Source: Octopus sinensis
Lineage: Eukaryota
NCBI RefSeq assembly: GCF_006345805.1
Contig: NC_043004.1
Span: forward strand, 37,882,001 to 37,946,000
Direction of reading: 5' to 3'
Length of the DNA: 64,000 bases
Positions 10,561-23,344 of this stretch are shown in pieces. Each line of letters starts with the position of its first letter. Position 1 is the first letter of the stretch. Made by a program: the position numbers and the translations under genes. The notes beneath the pieces were generated by a model. That model had not been told where the DNA came from. It did not search any database and saw nothing but the letters and a program-made list of their open reading frames with translations.

Positions 10561-11123
10561 TTGGGTTGTCCGGAAAGTTCGTGCCGATTTTTAAAGGAAA
10601 GAAAAAGGTCAATAAATACTTGCCATTACATTTTTAATCAACCAAATATGAACCATTTTGTTGTACAATGCGTTTCCATCTTCCCTTTAACTTGAAAATA
10701 CCCTCTTCCCAGAATTGAGGTGGTTTCATGGCAAAGAATTCATCAAGGTATCTTTTTACGTCATCCAAGGAATTGAAATTTTTACAATTAAGACTATTCT
10801 GCAGAGACCTGAATAAGTGGAAATCCGAAAATATAAATGGTGAATATGGAGGGTGGGGTAACACATCTCAGCTGAGTTGCAGCAATTTTTGTCTGGTTCC
10901 CAAAGCATCAAATGCTGAAAATGAACTTTCTTATCTTCCATTTTAAAGGGTTACAGAATTAACACAGTTTGTAAGAACATAAACCTTCTTCCACGAAAAG
11001 ATAGCTTAAACTGTGCTCTTAGTAGAGGTGCAGTCAAATCCTATTTTATGGACTCAACCATGTTCTAAAATAAGCCGAAAGGTAAGCTACAATAAATCGG
11101 CACGAACTTTCCGGACAACCCAA
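10561..11123 (-). mobile_element. Internally deleted mariner (Hsmar1/cecropia-like) copy 1
   Basis: Perfect 30-bp TIRs ttgggttgtccggaaagttcgtgccgattt with TA flanks; the minus strand encodes LPHPPYSP..SDFHLFRSLQN...RWKRIVQQNGSY. Confidence 0.9.
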
Positions 11124-11149
11124 TATAAACGCACACAAAAGTAAAATTC

Positions 11150-12560
<1,411 letters not shown>

Positions 12561-12570
12561 TAAAATATGC

Positions 12571-12844
12571 TTGTTCCTTCTCGAGCCACGCCTGGCTCAT
12601 AGGGCCGGTTTCCCGGTTTCCTTGGCGTATAGGTTCCCCACCTGGACGGTGGTCTGTTGCAGGTGAGCTGCAAGAGAAAGCTGTGGCGAAAGAGTCAGCA
12701 GAAGTTCGCCTTTACCTTCTGCCGGAGCCGCGTGGAGATTAGGTGTTTCACTCACAAACACACACATCACCCGGTCTGAGATTCGAACCCGCGATCCCTC
12801 GACCGCGAGTCCGCTGCTCTAATCACTAGGCCATATACCTCCAC
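12571..12844 (-). mobile_element. Family E tRNA-derived SINE
   Basis: Minus-strand head gtggaggtatatggcctagtgattagagc...gggttcgaatc (A and B boxes); body shared with 61084-61375 and head with 38332-38460. Confidence 0.85.
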
Positions 12845-13672
12845 TATATAAAATATAATGACAAAATATTCTCGCATAGAACTTTTGCTTTAGTTTTCCC
12901 ATAAGTTACAGTTTTCCATTTTCGACGATCCATTTTATATTTCTTTGTCAACTTTTACTTCACAATCAACATTTCTTAATGATTGATGATACTTCACAGC
13001 ATGATAAACATCACAGTTCTACAGTTCTAATTTGGTCCTCGAATTAGTTGAGTGGTAGAGAAAAATGATGACAGCGATGAAATATCAACAACATGAGTAT
13101 TAATTTAATATTTACTCGTGTCGTATGGCGTTCAGCTGTACATTTTACCTCACTGGTAATTTCCACGTCATAACAGAATTGCGCACAAAAATCATGGAAG
13201 TTATATTTTCTATGTTTAGCAATAAATCCAAATTCTTTAACCCGGAAATGAAATTTAATCAAATTCATTAACCCACAAATCCTTCTTATTGGCATTTCTT
13301 AGAGTTTTGAAACAGGATATAAAAAGAGAAACACTGCACAGTATAGCTTTGGGCTGACTTCTCTCTTGTTCGTATTGATTCGACAACATGACTGGTACAA
13401 TACGAAAGCGGCAAGTTGATGGAACCCCCTCCCTTACCATATAACAGGCTATTAGGTTTTAATCAAATATTTGTAAAAGTGTAGAAAATTAAGGAACGTT
13501 TAAATATAACGATAATAAATTCTGTATCAGTTTTTCATTCTTTTCCATGTTGCAGAAGTTGAACTCACAGTCTGATATTTATACTATAGTAGTTAAATAG
13601 TAATTCAAGCCGAGAATATAACAGTTTTCAATCTACCACCTAACTACAGCAAAGATTACTTTAATGTGTAAC

Positions 13673-13880
13673 GGATGTGGAGCTGGCAGAGTCGTTAGCA
13701 CGCAGGACGAAATACTTAGCGATATTTCGCCCGTCGCTACGTTCTGAGTTCAAATTCCGCCGGGGTCGACTTTGCATTTCGGGGTCGATTAAATAAGTAC
13801 ATTTACGCACTGGGGCCGGTGTAATCGATTTAATCACTCCTCCACCAAATTCGAGGCCTTGTGTTTCCAGTAGAAAGGAT
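13673..13880 (+). mobile_element. Family B SINE monomer with tail2
   Basis: Family B head and body, then aaattcgaggccttgtgtttccagtagaaaggat. Confidence 0.8.
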
Positions 13881-14669
13881 GTGGATTTTTTTTTTGCAAA
13901 ATTAATTCTCCAAAAAAAAAAAAAAGAAAAAAGACAAAACTATTTTGTCTAAATAAACTTTAGCAAATTAAGACATTCAACTATAAAAAAAAAATTGTTA
14001 TATACTTGATCACATAGAAAATATTCACAGATCACATATGAATATCCACTAGAATTATTTGTTCCACTCGCGTAGAAAATGTCAAAGAAACATGCAAAAT
14101 ACCTAGTTGCAATGCTATATTGATTACAACAAGATAAATTTGAGAAAAACTCCAAATCATTGAAAATATTTGTTTTTACTCTGTTAAAATACCATGCAAA
14201 TGAGAACATGGTTACATCAGTATTGATTAAAACTTCATTTTATAATAAAATTCAAATATGAGTTATTGTTCATAAGTGTGTTTGGCTTTACACAAAAATA
14301 TTTGAATTGACCTTCTTAAGTTCAGCTTATGTCCTACAACCTTTGTGCTACATAATCTCAGTTCTAATTCAGCGATTGTCCCTTTTTGTCCCTTCAACAA
14401 CCAACCATTTAGTCAAACTTTTCAGTATAACACCGAACGCTCCTTGAATTTATTGCCAGCCAATATAAAACTGTCATTTGATTATATGTTACCATATATT
14501 ATATATAATTATATATTACATATAATTTCGTAACAAATAAAAAAGCACATATATTTTTCAGAATACTTTAAGACAAATAACTGATTATTATCTTTTGGTT
14601 GTATCAATTATATGATTTTTTTTTGTTCTATACTATACTTTTTGTTTGTATGGAATTGTGAATAAATTT

Positions 14670-14670
<1 letters not shown>

Positions 14671-14746
<76 letters not shown>
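14671..14746. repeat. (ACT)n microsatellite
   Basis: About 25 perfect ACT units. Confidence 0.95.
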
Positions 14747-14765
14747 ATAATAATAATGATAATGA

Positions 14766-15015
14766 ATGCCCTGATGCAGTACCAGGCAGTGTCTTTCGTG
14801 GCTTCTGATCTTAACTGATTGGAAGTGTTATCATGTACATTGTTTTGTCTTGGTATAAAAGGTGGGCTACAGCAAATATTCTGCTCAATAATGCCCTGAT
14901 GCAATACCAGGCAGTGGCTCTCATGGCTTCTGATCTTAACTGATTGGAAGTGTTATCATTTACATTGTTTTGTCTTGGTATAAAAGATGGGCTACAGCAA
15001 ATATTCTGCTCAATA
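14766..15015. repeat. 125-bp tandem duplication at the end of an unclassified repeat (~14766-15430) lying between two trinucleotide microsatellites
   Basis: atgccctgatgca.taccaggcagtg...ctgctcaata at 14766 and 14891, with a few substitutions. Confidence 0.8.
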
Positions 15016-15430
15016 CCACAGATTTGCTTGTCAGTTGTTCGACCTTAACCAGTTGAGCATGTTCCTTAGTGGCTGACGATATGTGCATCTCTAATTACAG
15101 GTAGAAGTAGTGGGGGGGATCATAGCCATGTGTTGAGAAGGATTCTTTGGGGTTTGAATAATTCACCTCTGGAAACATGGGTATTTCCTTAAACATCCTT
15201 AAACAACCCTTATTCATGGATCTTTTGAGCTAGATGAAAATTCTAACTGGGCCCCACCTGCAAGGTGATGTGCTGTTTATCTTGTTATGAGGTCACCATG
15301 TCGCGCACATATGGTTGTGATGCATGTGCCTAGTGTACCCTTATGAGACGGGTAGTCATGATGGGTATACTGGGTTTCGTATATTTTACCCCAGTGTCAC
15401 TTTGATGGCATGGACTGCTCTCTCACTCAG

Positions 15431-15450
15431 TAATAATAATAATAATAATA

Positions 15451-15490
<40 letters not shown>

Positions 15491-15506
15491 TATAATAATA
15501 ATAATG
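15431..15506. repeat. (AAT)n microsatellite
   Basis: Near-perfect AAT run. Confidence 0.95.
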
Positions 15507-16015
15507 AATGTTTTGGCGCTGCGACATAGGTTTTCAGTTGTGAAAAACTGGAAGAAAAGCATGACACATCTCCAGGCTAGCCAAACAAGCACATCACCCC
15601 CATGGTCGAAGAACAAGATGACCGGTCACATAGGACAAAATCCTGAGCGATTGTCATCTACAATAATAAATTCGAAATTCTGTCTGGCCGTCCGGGACCC
15701 CTGTATCTCAGTCTACATTTGCTCTACATAGACATATTATACCTTTTTGGAATCAGGATGAGCCCAGAATTGAAAATTTGCCCTTCACTTGGTTCTTAAA
15801 TATCCTGCATTGGGATCACGTCAGGATGAAGATTTGTTATGTGCTAGCAATTGAAAATTCAAATTTTAAAAGAACTCCCCAAATTTATGAACTTATAACA
15901 TTTTTATTTAAACTGAATTTAAAGCAATATCATATTGGTAGGGTACCAATAAATGCTTTATTATTATTGCTCGCTTTAGTTTTGGGCCACAGGCCCAATT
16001 ATCCCGCCGCAGGAG

Positions 16016-17286
16016 CTAGCTTAAAAATCCGCACGGAGTGCGGTTTTTAAGCTAGTACATAATAAATTCAGCAGAATTTATCTTAATCGAGTGTAATAAA
16101 CGAAAGGGTTGAGCGAAAATTTACGAATAATTGTAAATATTTCGGAGTGCGGTTTTAATAATACGATAATTGTAAATATTTCGGAGTGCGGTTTTAATAA
16201 TACGATAATTGTAAATATTTCGGAGTGCGGTTTTAATAATACGATAATTGTAAATATTTCGGAGTGCGGTTTTAATAATACGATAATTGTAAATATTTCG
16301 TAGTGCGGTTTTAATAATACGATAATTGTAAATATTTCGGAGTGCGGTTTTAATAATACGATAATTGTAAATATTTCGGAGTGCGGTTTTAATAATACGA
16401 TAATTGTAAATATTTCGGAGTGCGGTTTTTAAGCTAGTACATAATAAATTCAGCAGAAGATGTCAGAATTTATCTTAATCGAGTGTAATAAACGGAAGGG
16501 TTGAGCGAAAATTTACGAATAATTGTAAATATTTCGTAGTGCGGTTTTAATAATACGATAATTGTAAATATTTCGGAGTGCGGTTTTAATAATACGATAA
16601 TTGTAAATATTTCGGAGTGCGGTTTTAATAATACGATAATTGTAAATATTTCGGAGTGCGGTTTTTAAGCTAGTACATAATAAATTCAGCAGAAGATGTC
16701 AGAATTTATCTTAATCGAGTGTAATAAACGGAAGGGTTGAGCGAAAATTTACGAATAATTGTAAATATTTCGTAGTGCGGTTTTAATAATACGATAATTG
16801 TAAATATTTCGGAGTGCGGTTTTAATAATACGATAATTGTAAATATTTCGGAGTGCGGTTTTTAAGCTAGTACATAATAAATTCAGCAGAATATGTCAGA
16901 ATTTATCTTAATCGAGTGTAATAAACGAAAGGGTTGAGCGAAAATTTACGAATAATTGTAAATATTTCGTAGTGCGGTTTTAATAATACGATAATTGTAA
17001 ATATTTCGGAGTGCGGTTTTTAAGCTAGTACATAATAAATTCAGCAGAAGATGTCAGAATTTATCTTAATCGAGTGTAATAAACGAAAGGGTTGAGCGAA
17101 AATTTACGAATAATTGTAAATATTTCGTAGTGCGGTTTTAATAATACGATAATTGTAAATATTTCGGCGTGCGGTTTTTAAGCTAGAACATAATAAATTC
17201 AGCAGAAGGTGTCAGAATTTATCTTAATCGAGTGTAATAAACGAAAGGGTTGAGCGAAAATTTACGAATAATTGTAAATATTTCGG
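16016..17286. repeat. Hierarchical minisatellite: blocks of a 39-bp core separated by a constant 89-bp spacer
   Basis: Core ataattgtaaatatttcggagtgcggttttaataatacg. Blocks start at 16127, 16519, 16755, 16952, 17110 and 17268 with 8, 4, 3, 2, 2 and 1 cores. Confidence 0.95.
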
Positions 17287-17435
17287 GACTGTAACTTGAG
17301 TCTCCTGTTGGGTGGGGGGGGGGGTGAGAGAGAAAAAATACTGGGAAAATAAGACATATCATATTGAATATAAAATATGAGTATACTGTCTCATAAAGCA
17401 CTCCAGCAACAATATATTGTTTCAGTGCACAGACC

Positions 17436-17474
<39 letters not shown>

Positions 17475-17481
17475 ACACACA

Positions 17482-17513
<32 letters not shown>

Positions 17514-17528
17514 AACACGCACACACAA

Positions 17529-17559
<31 letters not shown>

Positions 17560-17621
17560 CACGTATGGATATGCTTATGTTTACGTATATATGTACTTAT
17601 ATATGTATATATACGTGTGTG

Positions 17622-17664
<43 letters not shown>

Positions 17665-18271
17665 TCATACACACACATATATACATATACATATGTGTGT
17701 GTGTGTATGTATGTGTATATATAAGTATGTGTGTTCGTGTGTGAACACACACAGGTATATAATTAGCAACACAACTTACACGAAATTCTCAGACTTCATA
17801 TTTATATATAAATCATATACTTTTTCTTTGATTACAGATCATTGACTCCATTGTGATCGCTTAATGTACTAGACAGAGAACTTTGTTCTCAATTAAGTCA
17901 ACCATGGTGTGAGCCGTATTACACTGTCAGTCACACAACTTTCTCATACACCCAACAAACCTCAATTTCAGCCTTTACTCTTTAGAATTATCGCTCATCG
18001 GGCGCCATTTTCTTTCTTTTCTTTTCGGCTTTCTTTTCATTTTTCTTTCTTTCTTTCTTCCTTTCTTTCTGTTTTTTTTCTTTTATTTTCCCGTTTTTAG
18101 TCATATGGTTCTCTTTCTCTTAGACTGCGCAATAAAAATTTAAATTACATAATACCATATCTAAGATCTATATTCTTATGCGTGCGTATGTGTATACATA
18201 AATGCATATATATATATATATACACACACACACATATATGTATATACGTGTGTTTGTGTATATCAATATAT

Positions 18272-18345
<74 letters not shown>

Positions 18346-18521
18346 GTATGTGTGTGTGTGTATACATACACATAGACATATAGATTTGGGTGTATCCATA
18401 CATGTATGTGCGCGGATGTGTTTATGTCAATATTAGATTGATAAGAGTCATGCTTTGTGTCTATGGACCCTGAGAAATAACTGCGCAAATCATTAACTTT
18501 CAGTTTACAAATATATATGTA

Positions 18522-19037
18522 ACTAGCAGTATCGCCCGGCGTTGCTCGGGTTTGTAAGGGAAATAACTATATAAGCATTTTTAGAGAGTTACTTCCCTTA
18601 TAGATGCCAATTCGGGCTTTCTTAGCCATTTCTGCTTTGGTGTCTTCAAGCCATGAAGTCGTTGTTCTAAAAGAACGCTGGTCTCCTTGACAACGCTTTA
18701 CAACGTTGATTTCCTTACACTCCCTTCCCCACAGCTTCACGAGGGAGGGAAGAAGGGGGAGAAGCAACACAGGTGCATGTGTGAGCATGGACGCCAACTC
18801 CGCCGCCATCGACACACGAAAAAATATGCATTAAAATGGAATAAAAAATGATGTTAAATTATTTTAAAAATCGTAGACTCATCGTAGACGCGCGCTAATA
18901 CCCAGACGGGCTCGATATGAATCACGACTATAAGATACCCGAATTTGGTTAAAATGCACCGCAAAATGTGGGAGTAGTTAGGAATCTAAATCGAAGGGGA
19001 CAGACACTCACACAACTACAGTTTTATATATATAGAT
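18522..19037 (+). mobile_element. Helitron-like non-autonomous element (DINE-1/Lep1-type architecture)
   Basis: 5' actagcagtatcg + hairpin cccggcgttgctcggg; 3' cagacac...ttttatatatatagat; no TIR or TSD. Confidence 0.65.
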
Positions 19038-19952
19038 ATATTGACAACTTTTGTTTCATTTCCACGCATGCACACACACACGCACACACACACATACACA
19101 CACACATCTATACAGATATATACATATACACATAACCATAGTATTAATAAAATACAAAGCACATATTTAGTATTGGAAGCTTCATAAAACATACACGCGT
19201 TTTGTTAAATCAACTGACATGATTACATTATTATGTAATCTTATGAAATCATCAAAGGTTTTTTTGCAAAAATACTAAATATGTTTTCTGTTTTACTAAT
19301 ACTACTATGTGGCCTGTATTCTACACATTAGTTTATCCATTATGTTTGATGACCCTCGTTTAAACGAATGGACTTTAGGATGTACTATTGAACCAGGAGT
19401 TTTGACTTTGTGTCGCTCTTTAGAACGCATACACAAGCGCGCGCACAAACACACACACACATACAGACGCACGCTCGCTTACATGTGTAGATACATGCAT
19501 GAACGGAGATTTAAGTATTTTGCATCATTCTAATGATGTCACTCTCCCGTGTTCGATCCCATTGCGTGTCTTCTACTATAACATCGGATTAATCGATCCG
19601 ATGCCTTGCCAGAAAAATGTATGGAAGCCTGTGAGGTGTATTTTACCTGTAATTTAAAAGATTAACCATATTGCATATAGCGTCATGCCTATTTAACCTG
19701 CCTATCGTATTAGATATAGACAAGGATGCTGATTACTCTTCCATTGTAACGTTAATTTAAGGAATAAGGAATTCAGTTACGCAAACAGCTAGATGCTCAT
19801 CGTCGAAAATGACGGAGGAGCAATCATCATCAGCTGAATAATCAAACTCATCATCTAGTTGTCATGGAAATCGTCGTGTACGTATGCGTGCCACTTAGAA
19901 GAGGGTAGGATATCATGAAGCACGAAAATATTCATGAAACCATGAATATATA

Positions 19953-20505
19953 TTGGGTTGTCCGGAAAGTTCTTGCCGATTTTTAAAGGAAAGAAAAGGG
20001 TCAATAAATACTTGCCATTACATTTTTAATCAACCAAATATGAACCATTTCGTTGCTCAATACGTCTCCATCTTTCCTTTAACTTGATAATACCCTCTTC
20101 CCAGAATTGAGGTGGTTTCATGGCAAAGAATTCATCAAGGTATATTTTTACATCATCCAAGGAATTGAAATTTTTACAATTAAGACTATTCTGCAGAGAC
20201 CTGAAAAAGTGGAAATCCGAAGGAGCAATATCTGGTGAATATGGAGGGTGGGGTAACACATCTCAGCTGAGCTGCAGCAATTTTTGCCTGGTTCCCAAAG
20301 TATCAAGTGCCGAAAATGAACGTTCTTATCTTCCATTTTAAAGGGTTACAGAATTAACACAGTTTATAGGAACATAAACCTTCTTCCACGAAAAGATAGC
20401 TTAAACTGTGCTCTTAGTAGTCCTATTTTATGGACTCAGCCATGTACTAAAATAAGTTGAAAAGTAAGCTGCTATAAATCGGCACGAACGTTCCGGACAA
20501 CCTAA
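19953..20505 (-). mobile_element. Internally deleted mariner copy 2
   Basis: Same TIRs and TA flanks as 10561-11123; encodes LPHPPYSPDIAPSDFHFFRSLQN. Confidence 0.9.
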
Positions 20506-20539
20506 TACATTAATGTGCATATAAAAACGGTTTCAAATT

Positions 20540-20857
20540 TTGGAACAAGATCAGCACTTTTTGAGGGGGTGGGGAGAAGTTGATTTCATTGACCTCAGTA
20601 CTTGACTGGTACTTATTTTATCAACCCTGAAAGGAATGAAAGGCAAAGCCGACCTCAGCGAAATTTGCACTCAGAACGGGAAGTGGGTAGTTAATTACAT
20701 CGACTCCAGTGCTTAACTGGTACTTATTTTATCGACCCGGAAAGGATGAAAGGTAAAGTCGACCTCTGCGAAATTTGAACTCAGAACGGAAAGAGAGACG
20801 AAATGCTGCTAAGCATTTCGCCTGGTGCTATAACGATTCTGCCAGCTCGCCGCCCTT
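20540..20857 (-). mobile_element. Family B SINE dimer
   Basis: Two tandem bodies (gaaaggcaaagccgacc and gaaaggtaaagtcgacc); head at the right end. Confidence 0.8.
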
Positions 20858-21989
20858 AACGTGCATACAATAATAAACATACATAGATATCAATAAACCG
20901 TCACATATGCGCAGTCACGTAGACATAGAGACATATGCAGAAACATAGATACACACAAACGTCCATATACATTGGCTTTAAGGTTTTACAACAAAGTGGA
21001 CAAAAATTCTGCTCTGAGAGAATAAGGTAAGTTAAGTTCGTTCCATTAAACAAAAATTCACACGAGACAACACACACCCGCGCACTCACACACACATACA
21101 CACACATAAACAGGCGGGAAATTTTGCAAAATTTCAGTGATTCATGTGTACACGAAGACCACCCCACCCTGCAACTCAGTTTGCAAACTCGCCACTTCCC
21201 ACATTTTCCTTGTGAACTCGACAGAAGATCTTTACTTTAGAGATAATACAGTTAACTAAAATTTCCATTTCCATTTTTTGCGTTTTGTGTCCTTCCTTAT
21301 CTGTTCATCAGACAAAAGAATTATGACTATATATATATATATATATAATTTAGATTCGGATGAATATGGTACTTAAGTTAAGGCACCAGAATTTAGTACG
21401 GTATTATCCATACTCTTTCAAAATAAGGTGATTAAAATCAAAATAAGCAACAAGGATATCCAGAGGTAATGCAGTACGATCGTTTCATGAGACTCCATTT
21501 AATTGAACATTACCTCTGGATATTCTTGTTGCTTATATATATATATATACATCTTCATCATTTGGTAGACTGGTACTGGGCTGTAGCATTGGCATCGGAC
21601 TCGGTATCTTGGGTAACCTGGTTCGCGCATGCGCGGAACCGCCTCCAGTTGACGGGGGTCGGTTTCCCGCGCGGTTGCGGCGGACGCGATCTCCTCTCGC
21701 GTTGGTGCGCTGCGCTTCTGAGCATGTTCGGAGACTGTCGTCTGGCGGCGCGCGGTTTCATACGAGGCGACCAGGGCGTAGTGGGTCCTAACGACACGGT
21801 TCCACACTCGGGACGCCGTGGCACGGCTTTGGATTCGCGGTCGCGTTGGTGCACCCGGCTCCTCCTCGTGTAGGAACGGTTGTCGCACCATTATGCGTGG
21901 CGAGTGTTCGGACGGCGGCGAATGGTTTACTCGGAACTGGTATGGATTGAGGGGGAATACAACTGTCTAGTCAAAACAGAGCATTGTGT

Positions 21990-22810
21990 AGCCGTTACCA
22001 AAAACAAAAGCGCAATGGACAAGCCTTTGTCGCGAGAAGATCATGTTGCAAGCTATGTATCCAACTTGTTGGTGCATTAGAGCAACAGCACTGAAACGGG
22101 CGGGAAGCAACTATAAGAAGATTAACGATTTCTTACTGGAGCTTCTGAATGATAGATAGCTATGAACAACAACAAAAGCTACTGTCAAATGACTGCTGAA
22201 ACAATCTGGCAAGGCTTCTATTTGTTCGGTATTAAGGTGGCTGGGAATGTATTTGCAATTTGTGAATCTGTTGCACGTAGCTTACAACGTTCAGGCACTA
22301 CAGCCGGCGACTGCTTGAAGCTGATGGAGAAGTTGAACTCTCTTTCAAAAATGAGAAATGAAAAAGGTTTTGAAAACTGCTTTAGCGAAATATCCTCTAC
22401 TGACTTTGTGAAAATGTTTAACACTTTTCGTTTCAAGAACACACTGCTGCGCTTCAGATATACAACAACTACTAAAGAAATTGCTCTCTTTGTCATCGAT
22501 GACTGGCATCGGCAAGTTTTCAGCATCATTGATGCCTTCGAAAATGGACTGAATTACTGCTTTCAGCAAAAGGGAATGTGCATATGCTCTGAGCAAGAGG
22601 ATTCGCAGTTATCGGCAGTCAGCTGTGGGACATTTGAGCTTGCAAATACATACCTGCCTATTCTATTTTACTTGCCCACTATCATTACAAACCAAACGCC
22701 TTACTGGCCTGTGGACGCAAAAAGAAGCTTTGCCCAAAATAATTGCATGAAAATGGAGAGCTTCTGATGTTGTTATTCGTTCGCGTAAATGTTGATGCCA
22801 AAGCAGCTTC
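21990..22810 (+). mobile_element. Degraded hAT (ZMYM1/PRKRIR-like) transposase relic
   Basis: PTCWCIRATALKR (from the LCPTRW motif), then FYLFGIKVAGNVFAICESVARSLQRS...MRNEKGFE and RQVFSIIDAFENGLNYCFQQ; stops and frameshifts present. Confidence 0.75.
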
Positions 22811-22825
22811 TGTCTCGTATATATG

Positions 22826-23224
22826 GAAAAGTGCTCTAAATCATTCTAAAAAGTTTTCTACTTTCGTTTTGGTAATAAAACTTTCCATGAGGATGTGCAA
22901 AACATTTTTAATGCACAAGTTTTTATGCACATGCATTATAGCACAGTGGTATGGAGCCAGGTCTTCAAACGGTGAAGTGCTCTGAACGTTCTCTCGCTTG
23001 CAGCTTATTCTGTCTTTGCATAAATCGTGAGAACGTTCAGCGCACTTCGCCGTTTGAAGACCTGGCTCCGTACCACAATGACGCGGCAGCGCCTAACACA
23101 CCGTGCCATAATGCATGCGCATAAAATCTTCTGCAAGTAAAAGATTTGCTCATATTCATGGAAAGTTTCATTGTCAAAACGATCGAGCGTAGAAAATTTT
23201 TTGAAAAAATCTGTAGCACTTTTA
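22826..23224. repeat. Degenerate inverted repeat built from a hAT C-terminal dimerisation-domain sequence
   Basis: The right arm encodes RTFSALRRLKTWLRTTMTRQRLTHRAIMHAHK. The left arm is its diverged reverse complement (gtggtatggagccaggtcttcaaacggtgaagtgc vs gcacttcgccgtttgaagacctggctccgtaccac). Confidence 0.75.
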
Positions 23225-23344
23225 CAAATGTACAAGAGTGGAGTAAAAAGTTCACAGGCTGACAATGAAAGAGAGAAGCGAGAGTTGTCGAATCTTGCTT
23301 GCAGTAATTTCAAGACTTCTTATTAATAACTGCATTATTTATTT

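Noticed and set aside
12780-12844. tRNA-like sequences here and at ~38332, ~53030-53094 and ~61320-61375
   Set aside because: They have A/B boxes but no complete cloverleaf or acceptor stem and continue into shared SINE bodies; they are SINE heads, not tRNA genes.
13044-13440. Minus-strand ORFs in a non-repetitive stretch
   Set aside because: No recognisable motif or splice pattern; frames are short and interrupted.
16016-17286. CRISPR-like repeat/spacer appearance and the repeated-peptide ORF at 16109-16303 (IIVNISECGFNNT)n
   Set aside because: Spacers are identical rather than unique, there are no cas genes and the context is eukaryotic. The ORF is a by-product of a 39-bp unit and is broken by a TAG variant.
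17219-17845. Numerous HT-, YI-, CV- and IYLS-repeat ORFs here and throughout the track
   Set aside because: Translations of (CA)n, (TA)n and (TATC)n microsatellites.
20026-20259. SETMAR-like domesticated transposase exon
   Set aside because: It lies within TIR-bounded, TA-flanked, internally deleted mariner copies present twice.
21469-21891. Three overlapping 98-134-aa ORFs on both strands
   Set aside because: Long overlapping frames are expected in GC-rich DNA and none has a recognisable domain; kept only as an unexplained island.
22162-22767. 201-aa ORF as a host ZMYM1-like gene
   Set aside because: It is flanked by stop- and frameshift-containing hAT sequence, with no splice structure; a transposase relic.
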